Assembly (NCBI RefSeq): GCF_020745735.1
Contig: NC_083445.1
Coordinates: forward strand, 1,984,001-2,048,000
Origin: Hemiscyllium ocellatum
Lineage: Eukaryota
Direction of reading: 5' to 3'
DNA length: 64,000 nucleotides
Part shown: in pieces, positions 47,251 through 58,269 of the stretch
How the letters are laid out: every line of letters starts with the position of its first letter
Position numbering within the stretch: position 1 is the first letter of the stretch
Position numbers and translations under genes: made by a program
Notes under the pieces: model-generated
What the model was told of the DNA's origin: nothing
What the model saw: only the letters and a program-made list of their open reading frames with translations
Database searches by the model: none

Positions 47251-47341
47251 ATGGGTTGGGGCAGCAGTGTAGGCGATGGTCCTTTACGATGGGGATCCGC
47301 CCCAGACAATTTTCCCGACGAAATTCTTCTTCCTATCCAAG
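47251..47341 (+). CDS. Candidate leader exon of gene B (signal peptide doubtful)
   Basis: CpG-rich segment ending CAAG|gtactg, 172 nt upstream of D1. It is in phase with D1 from ATG 47251, but the peptide lacks a proper hydrophobic core; see findings. Confidence 0.35.
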
Positions 47342-47513
47342 GTACTGGTCTAAAATAAAAACCAAAAATGCTGGAGAAACAGCAGACCGAGCAGTAACTA
47401 TGCTGAGACAAACGGAGTTTGAGTCCAGTTTCAAATTGAATCAGTTAGTTCGGGGGGGTTAATTGATGAGTCCTTATCTTGTGTTTACTCCTGTGATTTG
47501 TTTTTTTTGACAG

Positions 47514-47783
47514 CCACTGTAACTGGATTTGAAGTTTCAATCGATGTAAACTCCACAGCCGTGGAATTTGGAGGTTCCATTGAGACGAACTGCAGCACAA
47601 CATGTCCAAAACCAACAATAAATATGGAACATAAACCAGGAGTAAATTTCATGAGAACAAACGGCAGTACTTGGTACCATGACTATTTCCCAAGTGTCCA
47701 GGAGTGGGATTTAACACTAGCATGTTCTGTGAAATGTCTGGATCATCAGTTAGAGAATGTGAAAAAGCATGTCACAGTGTACA
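47514..47783 (+). CDS. ICAM-like gene B, Ig domain 1 exon
   Basis: ttttttttgacag|CCACT...GTGTACA|gtaagt; 270 nt, open. Protein GGSIETNCSTTCPKPTINMEHK...TWY...VQEWDLTLACSVKC...HVTVY shows the ICAM D1 CxxxC...CxxxC four-cysteine signature. Confidence 0.9.
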
Positions 47784-47919
47784 GTAAGTATAAACTGGCA
47801 TTAAAGAAATACAGCGGCATGGGATGGCATTGCTGATGGTAAGTGGAACCTGTCTGATTTAGTGTAGGTTGATACTGGCTTAATAAGGAATGATTCTTCA
47901 GAGTGGAAGAAAACAGACT

Positions 47920-48137
47920 GGGGGCTCCATCAGAATGAACTGCAGCACAGCATGTCCAGAACCAACAATAACTATAGAATATAAATCAAGGATAAACCCT
48001 AACAGAACAAAGGGCAGTACTTGATATGATAACTATTTCCCAAGTTGTCCAGAAGTAGGATTTTACAACTGCATGTTCTGTGATACGTCAAGCAGAAGAT
48101 TCTTGGAGGAAGAAGACAGTTGATGTCATAGTATACA
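47920..48137 (+). pseudogene. 5'-truncated dead tandem copy of D1 exon
   Basis: GGSIRMNCSTACPEPTITIEYK...KGST* with TGG>TGA, then a frameshift. The donor TACA|gtaagt is kept, and the intron sequence downstream (about 48420-48500) mirrors 47800-47880. Confidence 0.8.
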
Positions 48138-48829
48138 GTAAGTGAAAACTCTAGATCCAGCATGAAAGGGGTCAGGTTCAAAGGAGATACGAGGGGTAAG
48201 ATTTTTACACAGCGTCTGGTAGGAGTCCAGAACGTGCTGCCAGGGGTGGTGGTGGAAGCAGATACACTAGGGGCATTTAAGGGACTTTTAGATCAGCACA
48301 TAAATATACAACAAATGGAGGGATATGGACCAAGGGCAGGCAGAAGGGATTTCAGTCATGTTCGGTACAACATGGTGTACTGAAGAGCCTGTTCCTCTGC
48401 TGTACAGTATATGTTCTATTAAAGAAATACAGTGGCTCGGGAAAGTCTTGGTGATGATAAATGGAACCTGCTGGATTTCGTGCAGTTTGATACTGGTTCA
48501 ATGGGGAAAAATGCTGTCAGAAGAACTCATTTGGTTCACTAGTGCCCTTTCTGAGAGGATAACTGACTTCCTTAATTAGTCTGGCCTACCTGGGACTCCA
48601 GACCCACAGCAATGTGGTTAATCCTTAACTGCTGGCCAGGAATTTTAAGAATGAATAGCATGGAGGAGTGAAATAGATTAACACACAAACACAGTTTCAT
48701 CCTGATGTGTTAATGAGCAGTCATTGATTGTAGGTAAAGCAGATCTAAGAGATTATTGCATGAAGACCATAATCCCACTATTTCATTGTTTATCATTGAA
48801 CAGGCCTTGGAATCATTTTAGAAATGATG

Positions 48830-49155
48830 AATGAGTGGTAACATCACTAGACTAGTAATTTAGAAACAAGGCTAATGCTCTTAGACATGGGTTCAAATCC
48901 CACCAAGAATGTTGAGAAATTTGAAAGTAATAAAAGTCTCGTATAGCAAATTAGCCTGATGGCAAACATCAAAATTAAAACCTACCTGGTTCACTAATGC
49001 TTTTTCTGGGAGGCTATTTGCCATCCTCACCTGGTCTGGTCCACATGGGACTCCAGGCCCATAACAAAGCAATTGTTTCTTATCTGCCCTCTGGGAGATT
49101 AAGGATGAGCAAAAACCACGAACCAACAATGCCACATCCCGTGAACACATAAAAG
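48830..49155 (+). mobile_element. Deu-domain SINE (partial copy also at 48515-48660)
   Basis: Same core as 15830-16180, with a gggttcaaatccc B-box. Confidence 0.68.
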
Positions 49156-50929
49156 CAAAGCAGTGAAGGTGCCGATCCCTTCCCTTTGGAAACGCAGTGT
49201 TTCAGCCAAAATTGTGAAGAGAAGGATTCAGCTCAGCCTTTTTCTATGAGCCCACAGGCAATTTGATTCACCCCACGTGACATCAAGAAATGGTGGAGGA
49301 CAAAGAACGCAGCAACAATAAACATGCTGAATACTTGCATCAACAATGGCATCCATCTGACCAAATAGAGCATTATGATCTGAGCCCTATTCTAAAAATG
49401 CACACCGAGTCTGATTTGTCCACTTGCTCCATCAGTTTCCCTATTATCATGGTCAAAATAATCAAAGGTGCCAGTGATGGTGCTATGAAGTAGCATTTCC
49501 TATCCAGTAAATTAAAAGCTGCATCTTGGTGTGGTTCTACCAGGATCATTCAGCCACAGACCTCATTATAATCTTGGATCAAACATGAACAGAAAAGCTG
49601 AACTCCAGAGGACAGATGAAAATGACTTCCTTTCGCATCGAGGCAGCATTTGACCAGGTTTTCCAACAAGGTGATCAGTAAGCTTGAATTGACTGGGAGT
49701 CAAAGGATAAAACGTCTGCTGAGTGGAGGTGAATAATGAAGCAATCATTACCACATGCTGCAAGGTCTGGACAACATTGAAAAGTAGACTAATAGTGGGT
49801 GAGTAACATTCACCCCAAAACCTCCAGGCAATGACAATCTCCAAGAGCAGAAGCTCCAACCATCCCCCCTTGACAACCAATGGTATTACCATTATTGAAA
49901 TTTCCATGGTCTGTTAAATATGTATGCATTTTATTTTATTGTCTGCAGCTATTGGCAATAGTTGATGATTCACCTTTATCTTGAAAATTAGACATATCTT
50001 CTGAAATTGTGGCTGTTGTCTTTGGAGGGATATGTTTGCAACATCTGATGCTAAATAAATGCAAGCTTCTTTAAAGATTAGCTGGTTGAATCCTTCACTA
50101 ACTACATTTCTGCAGTGTGGTTTCATTGGCAGCTTGCGGCACATCATTACACAGAAACCTAACTGCTGTCAGACCTGCTGAGATTCTCAGGAATTTCTCT
50201 TTTGGTGCGTAAATAATATGGCTGTAAGGGCAGGTCAGAGGATCTCATCTGCAGACTCCCATGGTTGTTCCACAAGCAGGAAGGAACCAGAACAAACACT
50301 CACCATTTGCCTCTATCAGCTGTTGTTGAAGCTCCAGCGACACTAAAAACGTTCTTGACACCAATTCTTGGGGTCACTTACCAAATAATCCCCAACCTCT
50401 GATCTATTCTTCTGCCTCACTGTTTGTATGAATGGTTCAGTCCTGTTTCTGATAAATGATACCCCCCAGAATGCTGAAAGTCTTTAGAGGTCTGGAGTCA
50501 CAGGTTGGCTGAAGTCACTTCCACCAGGTTTTGAAAAGTTTCCTAAAAAACAAGTGAAAGGAGCTCAGCCAACCCGAGCGACCTCGTGGGCAAGACCAGG
50601 TTACGCTTGTTGAAAGCTAAAGTGAGGCGATCGAAGGTGTCCCGGCTCCCCCCTCACTGAAATCAGAAACAGCGGACTGAGTTGGATGATCAGTCAAGAT
50701 CATAATGATGGACAAACAAGCTAGAAGGACTGAATGGCCTACTCCAGTCCTTTTCTCTGTTTCTGACGAAGCTGAACTGTCTGGATATATACAGGAATCC
50801 AGTTGTGAAGAACTTGCTTTTACTTCCTTCTCCATTTGACAGAAAGCAGAGAGACTGTGAACTATTTTTATCTTGATCTCTGAATAGGCTTGATTTTACT
50901 AATTTTGTGGAAGGTTTCTGATCTGTTCA

Positions 50930-51360
50930 GTGCTCTCCTATAAAATTATGAGGGGCATGGATAAGATAAGTAGACAAAGTCTTTTCCCTGGGGTGGGGGA
51001 GTCCAGAACAAGAGGGCATAGGCTTAGGGTGAGAGGGGAAAGATATAAAAGAGACCTAAGGGGCAACTTTTTCACACATAGGGTGGTACGTGTAAGGAAT
51101 AAGCTGCCAGAGGAAGTGGTGGAGGCTGTTACAATTGCAACATTTAAAAGGCATTTTGATGGGTATATGAATAGGAAGGGTTTGGAGGGATATGGGTCAG
51201 GTGCTGGCAGGTGGGACTAGACAACATCCTGGGCCGAAGGGCCTGTCTTGTGCTGTACTGTTCTATGTTCTAGACTGGGTTGGGATATCTGGTCGGCATG
51301 GACAAAGGGGGATTGAGGGATCTGTTTCCGAGCTGTACATCTCTTTGACTCTTTGACTCA
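50930..51360 (+). mobile_element. CR1/HER1 3' end fragments
   Basis: YKIMRGMD...RTRGH...RGNFFT.RVV..N.LP, followed by two tails. Confidence 0.75.
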
Positions 51361-51470
51361 GCCTGCTGTGAATTGAATGCCTCCGACATTTGGGAGATGC
51401 CAATATATCAAATGTTGAAACAAGATGTTGGAATTTTTCATCTGGAATTACTGACATTTTATTTTAATAA

Positions 51471-51481
51471 TTTCCGGGAAA
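51471..51481. promoter_or_regulatory. Palindromic GAS (STAT) element in gene B intron
   Basis: TTTCCGGGAAA, a perfect TTCNNNGAA palindrome in apparently non-repeat intron DNA. Confidence 0.35.
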
Positions 51482-52393
51482 AGACGGAGGTCATTTTCAT
51501 TAACATCGAGCTGAGTTAGTCAGGCCGAGTACAGATTGCAGAGCCCGTCCACATTCTAGTGACATGGGTTTCCAGATCATTTCACCTCATCGGCTTCTGC
51601 AGTTCTTCACTGTGACTTCTTATGTGACAAGTGGGTAAAAACATATTTAAAATCAGTGGATAGTGTTTACTGACTGTATTTGTGCTGCAGTTCACGATGC
51701 GTACAGTTATGTTTAAATGCGGACATTTCTCTGTAATGAATGATGGATTTCTTGTTATTCGTTAATATTAAGAACAACATTATTAGGCACGTTTCTGGTC
51801 TGTGTTGTTAGAAGCAAAAAGAGAGAGAGAGAGAGAGATGGTTATTCAGGATTGTGTGTTGCTCTGTCTCAGCCTGTTTTGTGATAAGTGAGGCTCCGTA
51901 CGTTCCCTGAGATGTTTGATGGGTTAGCTGGAAGTGGGGTTCTCTCACCCCACACCCAGCACAGGCTCTCGACTCTCTTCACCGTCCCTCGAGCAGAGAT
52001 GGCAGAACTCTGGGCTCCGTTGAGTTCAGTGAGTTGGAACAGTGTGTTTTCTGCTGTTCCGGTGCTGTTAGACCTGACGGTGCTGAGTTGCTGCCGGGTG
52101 TACCATCCCGGGAGCAGCAATTCCAACTGTCTGTTCAAACTGCCCCAACACACACACACACCAACGGAGCAAATCCTAGACATGAACCAGTCATTGTCCA
52201 CTATGTAAAGAATCCCTCTGTTCCCTTCAGTATTGAATACTGCGGTAGAAATCCTCGGTAATAAAGATGGACACGGTTATGAGTGGCTCAGGTAACGGCA
52301 AAGTGACGGGCATTCCCCTCTGAGCTGGACTGAAACTTTCCCCCAGAATGTTCTGTCCTTGGAGTGACCTCGCTCCGTCCGCGGAACAGTCCG

Positions 52394-52403
52394 GGGACTT
52401 TCC
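52394..52403 (+). promoter_or_regulatory. Canonical NF-kB site in CpG-rich intronic segment
   Basis: GGGACTTTCC (the Ig-kappa type site), with near-matches GGGCATTCCC (52308) and GAAACTTTCC (52333) within 90 bp. Confidence 0.4.
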
Positions 52404-53299
52404 AGCAACAGTGACGGCATCCAGTACGGTATGTAGTTAATCTCAGTCAAATACTGCCACAGACAACTCTTCACCAGAAATTACACCCGAGAGTTCAACA
52501 AGAGGGGATTTTTCATTTTCATTGACATTTTAGACAAATGAAAATAAATGATTGGGAAGTACACATGAGATCAAGACAGAATGAAATATCAGACTTTCAA
52601 ACAACAGGAAAACATGGTTTTAAAATCACAAATGGAGACATTTGCCATCCCAGTGGTTGCGTTGATCGGGTAGAGTGAGTGTTCAGTAGTAACTATCAAG
52701 TTTGTGTAGAGGGTTGGAGGTTCAGAATGCTCACACCCTGCCCAAGAATATCAGAGCCCATGGAATCCAGGGCAATTTGGTAAATGGCTCCAAAATCGGC
52801 CAGTGATAAGAAGAGAGGCTGGTGGTTGAAGAATTTTAGTGACTGGAAACCTGTGTCCAGTGGGGTTCTACAGGAACTGGTACTGGATCCTTTGCTGTTT
52901 GTTGTGTAAGGTGATGATCTAAACATGAATGCAGAAGTTATGATCGCCGGTTATAATCAGAATGTTTGTTTGGTGGTGTGGTAAATAATAAACAGGAAAG
53001 TCTTAGATTACAGTATAATAAAGAAGACCCAAAACTGGCTAAACAATGGCAAATGAAATGTAATCCTGAAAACGGTGAGGTATTGCATTTTGGGTAGACT
53101 AACAAGGCAAGTGAATGGTCAGACCCGACATACAGAGGATCCGAGGGAACTTGGTGCAGATGTTCTTAAGTCCTTGAAAGCAACATGGCAGGTAGATAAG
53201 GTGGTTAGGAAGGCACATGGGATACTTGCCTCGATTATTCAAGGCATTGAATACAAGAGCAGTGAGGTTATGATGGAGCTGTTTCCAACACTAGTTAGC

Positions 53300-53574
53300 C
53301 ATGCTGTGGAGGTGCCGGTGTTGGACTGGGGTGGACAAGTTAAAAATCACACAACACCAGGTAATAGCCAACAGCGCTGCTCCTTTGTCAGTTCGTGAGA
53401 CAGGATCATAGGACACAGAATTTTAGTAAACGATCAGTGTCATACAACTGATGCAATTTATTGAACAAATATACACACACTCTTACACGATCACACACAC
53501 TTATGCAGACACTCTCTCATCCACACACATTCTCTCAGATGTGCACACACCCTCTCACAGATATATACTCCATC

Positions 53575-53606
<32 letters not shown>

Positions 53607-54104
53607 ACTGTATTAAGCATGCACAAATAGACACACACACTCACACGCATGCACATTCATTCACACACTCTTTCCCTCTTTCTCGCACACATACTTTCTC
53701 TCCCTCATATGCACGCACACACACATATAAGTCTGTAAAGTGAATTTGCTTTTGCAGAATTATGTTTGCAGATATATTCTATTTTGCTTAAAAAGCACAC
53801 AGTCTGTAGGCAGTCAGTCCATGTAGGATTTTATAAATTCCTACTATGGAAACAGAATCAGTCTGACTCAAGTTTGGGATACAGACAGACTCTAACCTCA
53901 TACCTTTAATGTATTGTCTGAGCTGAGATGTCACTTTTCTTTTATAAAAGGTTATGTTATCTCTGGAATGTGACTTGAAGGAAGTTCTGGGATTTACATA
54001 TTAATAATCAAAATGTGCATCCCCATTCAAAGTGATTAAAGACTGAACAGCAATTAAGGTTTGTTTAACATATCACATCAGTTGTATGACACTTTGATCT
54101 TTTA
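53300..54104. mobile_element. Penelope-derived pLTR/3'UTR with (CA)n-rich tract
   Basis: Starts gtggaggtgccggtgttggactgggg...aaatcacacaacaccagg, the same family as 23051 and 28540. Confidence 0.7.
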
Positions 54105-56128
54105 AATTATAAGTCTGTACAATTACAGGTTGGAACACTGTCTGGGAGGCCAAGAAGCAAGTGTAGTTGCACTGAACCGCCTTCTGCTGAAAGGTACACC
54201 ACCGGTGGGACCACTACAGGAAGAGTCTGCTCTGGTTTTAAACTTTCTGGACACATTTCCAGTCACAGCTGACAATATCAGACTCTGGACAAAGATCCAG
54301 TCCTGGCAAAACTGAATCAGCTGGTGATGATGGGGTGGGGGTGGGGGTGGCGGGGGGGGGCGTGTTTGTGCCAAAGGGCCATCACAATCAGAATTGAAAT
54401 GTTTCTGGACCTAGAGAGATCAGATCACAGTCGAGGACAGCATTTTATTATGGGGAGCAAGAGTGGTTGTCCGTGGCAAGGGTCAGCACCAAGATACTGA
54501 TTGAACTCCACCAGGGGTGTACAAGGGTTTCCAAAATGAAGACATTGATGAGAAGTTATTGGATTGGAGGATTGGATGCAGACAAAGCTGCATTGGTGGG
54601 GCAATTCCCACAAGGACAAAAATGGCCAAAAGCACTCCCCACATTTGTGGAAATGGTTGGGTAAAAACTGGACTCAGTTACACTTTGACTATGCAGCTCC
54701 TTTCATGAGCTCAATGTCCTTAGTCTTTTTGGATATCCTCTCAAAATGGCTGGATATGTGTAGAGTTAATTTGTCTTACACATGGATGATGACAGAAGTA
54801 CTGCAAATATTTTACAATACGTGGACTGTTCAAGATGTTGGTCACAGATAACAGACTATCATTTCAAGCAGGGAACTTGAGTATTTCCTAAAGCCGACTG
54901 ATATGCATCACATAGGACAGCTCCAAGCCATTCCATCATCCAATAGTCTGGCAGATAAACCATTTCAAATTTTGTAGGCAGGCTAAAGAAAACAGCCTAC
55001 AGCTTCACTCGATACCAAACTGTCCCAGTTCCTATTTGACTATCGACCCATCCCTCATGCAACTACAGGGATAGCTCCAGCAGAGTTGCTAATGGGTAGA
55101 AGACTCCACAACAGGTTAAACTTGATCTTCCTAGCCTTGAGGGGAGGGTGAAATGGCATCAGAAACATCAATGCTGGACACAATGCTCCACTAAATGAGA
55201 GAGACAGTTTACTTTAGGGCTCAAAGTTTGATGTAGGAATCATGGGGATGGTCTTGCATGGGTTGAAGGCACAGTCAACGTAAGGTCAGGTCCAGTGATG
55301 TTAAGGTTTGGGTAGGTGCAACAGTCCTGAACAAGTACATGGATCATATGAAAGCTGCAAACATTGCAGGAGCAAAATGTGCCCTGCTCTTCACTGCCTT
55401 TCTGACTGTTCAAAAACCCATGGGGTCTCCGTCTCCGTTAAGCATTTAAGATACCACAGAATCTGAGGTGGATGTCACCGCCTCAATGACTTTGCCACTT
55501 AAAGAGGAGAATAAATTTCTTCTGTGATGCTCTGAGCACAAGAGACGAGCTACTGTACGATACAGTCCACTGTATCAGAGGCAGAGTTGGAGGAACCTGA
55601 TCCGATGCTAAAATGCCACAGGGGGAGCTACAAAAAAACCTCAGACCCAGAGAGGGAAGGATGTAATAATTGTAACGAGGTCAGCCAGGTGGACATCATA
55701 GAAACTGAAACAACTGCAGATGGTGTAAATCAGAAAAAAAAATCTAAATTGCTGGAAAAGCTCAGCAAATCTTGCAGCATCTGTGGAGAGAAATCAGAGT
55801 TAATATTTCCTGTCGAATCACCCTTCCTCAGAACAGGGAAAGGGTCACTCAACCCCAAACATTAGGTCTGATTTGTCACCACAGATGCTGCCAGAATTGC
55901 TGAGCTTTTCCAGCAAACTCGATTTTTGTTTCTGGGTATCATAGAATGAGTTCCCTCATTGGGGCACTCTATCTGGTCCAATCAGGGAGCCGTAGCTGAC
56001 AGGTATAACCAGGAGTGTCAGAGATTCTGATCACTCTGAGAGCTGGCCCTAACGGAGATGGATCAGTCTCCATGTGTAAATAAAGGGTGACTTGGTGACA
56101 GGATACCGTCCTCTGTTGAAATATTTTA
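54105..56128 (+). mobile_element. Duplicated 3' half of the same Gypsy element (integrase remnant plus 3' LTR 55662-56128)
   Basis: Near-identical to 4601-6593, including the palindromic insertion in the LTR. Confidence 0.85.
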
Positions 56129-56261
56129 GTAACCTTTTGTTGAATGTGTATACACACTTACATCTCTTATGTATCTGAGTAAATGTGTGTGGGGAGATGG
56201 AACATGATCCTCAGGTACACCATTTCAGTGAAACCTGTTAATTGTGATTCTCCTTTAACAG

Positions 56262-56576
56262 ATCGAGAGGTAAACATCACAGTACTCCCTGAAGTGCTGG
56301 AGATTAACAGAACATATTGTCTGGAATGCATTGGCCCAAGAGTTTTTCCAAATAACAAACTCATTCTCACATGGCTGAGAGGGAGTGAGATTGTCCAGGG
56401 AGATTCCACAGGCGAACCAGGTCTTCCGGATGAAGATAAAAGGTTGAGAAATGTCTTCAATCTCATTGCAAGTCAATCAGATGATGGACAGGAGTACACC
56501 TGCTTGGCTGAAGTGGACTTGGGCTCTAACACCACAAAGTCAATCACAAACTCTTCTGTCACTCTGCAAACTTACG
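56262..56576 (+). CDS. Gene B, Ig domain 2 exon
   Basis: tcctttaacag|ATCGAGAG...TACG|gtaagt; 315 nt, open. About 15 nt and 7 aa differences from gene A D2 by manual count. The D1-D2 join reads VTVY-N-REVNITV. Confidence 0.88.
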
Positions 56577-58269
56577 GTAAGTTCCAGTTGCACAAGATAT
56601 TACAGATAAAAAAAACTTATCTTGTATTATGATGCAAATATCCAGTAGATTTAAATATTTGCTTTAAGTCAGCCAGAGCGTGTGCAAACCATAGTTTGAC
56701 AGTGAAGGCCTACAATCATTTTGCAATCACTTTCTTTTTTACCATGCTGAGTCTTAATAATATAATTCCAAAAGACATTCAAGGCCCATTCTGATTCCTG
56801 AGGCTTGATTTTCAAACTGGGAACATTAAGTGTGGGCAGAAGCTGCTACTGGCTCAATCAGGGAATCCAGTATTGACGTGCTCTGTCATTTCCAATACCT
56901 GGGTCATTTCCAAGTCCTAATCTCATGCCACACACTGACACAAAGCACATCAATTCCAGATTCCATAACTGAACCAGTAGCAGCTTCTGTCCCCAGTTAA
57001 TGTCACTAAGCACCTGGTGATGATGGGAACTGACTGCTGAGCACAACCCTCAAAGGCAGTCTGCAGCAATGGGTGAGATACTGCTTAGCAGACTTTTAGT
57101 GCAGAGAAGTGGGCAATCAGCCAACACACATGAATTACCCATTATTAAAAATTATTCTTCCTCATTGTGGTAACCCTAACAAAGTACACAGGAATCACTA
57201 ATTAATCTCCTCATGGAGCTTGTTGAATATAAGTACCCTTGTAACAGGCAATGGTCTACCCAACTGGAACTCAACACCTTATGGTGCAGTGGTAGTGTCC
57301 TTACCCCTGGACCTGGTAGCCTAGGTTCCAGACCCACCTGTGTAATAACATCCCTGAAATGGTTGACTAGAAAAATAGGTTAGTCCCTACCCACATCTCT
57401 CTTTTGATGGTTTGCATTTACCCTAACAGGCGTTGCGTGTAAATATTGAATTGGATGTGTATACTGGTGATGGCTGGTAATTGTTTTAAAAAGGCATGGT
57501 TATTCTAATGGTGGGAAGGCCGCTCAGTTGTGGGTAATAGCACTTCGGACTAAAAGAAAGTATTGCCAGAGGGTCTTGTGGTACAGTGGTGAGTGTCTCT
57601 ATCTCTGAGCCAGGAGGTCTTGGTTCACATCCCACCTGTTCCAGAAGATGTGCAATAACATCGATCATCAGGTTGATTAGAAAATAAGCTTAAAAAAGAA
57701 AGTATTACCATTGTACATAATGGGATTTTAATCATAAACAATGAATTGGCTACACAAGTGAATGCTGGTGGTTGTTAGTAAAACACAAAAAAGTCAAAGT
57801 GATTTGGGTGGTGGTAACATCGCTCAGTCGTGCATGATAACACTTCTGGGTGTTAAAAAAAAGGAGAATAAATAAATAAATAAAAACAAGACCCATCGGG
57901 GGGATACGGGTTCTTTATTTTCCCCTTCAATTTCATTTTGACTTTGTTTCTTCCTGCTCTCCCTAAATCCCCTCCCACTCATTTTTGATGGTTCATATTG
58001 GCCATAATGGACTTTCCTTGTGAATCTCTAATAGATGTTTTTATTGGTGGTGGTTAATAGTTAAAAACAGTCACAGTGATTTGGTGGTGCGATATCCTTC
58101 TGGTTGTGCATAAGAGCATTTCTGGATAGAGAAAAAGGAAAAAGGAGATAAAGGCAGAACCAGGGGATCCAGTTCAAGTCCCACCTCCACCAGAAGTGAG
58201 TCATAATATCTCTGATCAGGCTGATGAAAATAAAAGCAGATGCAGGATGATCACTTGTAGTGCAGTGGG

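Noticed and set aside
51869-52261. Overlapping 75-110 aa ORFs in the CpG-rich intron
   Set aside because: No Ig pattern or other motif and no matching splice sites; treated as non-coding.
54123-54374. Poly-proline/His ORF
   Set aside because: Artefact of a G-rich low-complexity run in the Gypsy remnant.
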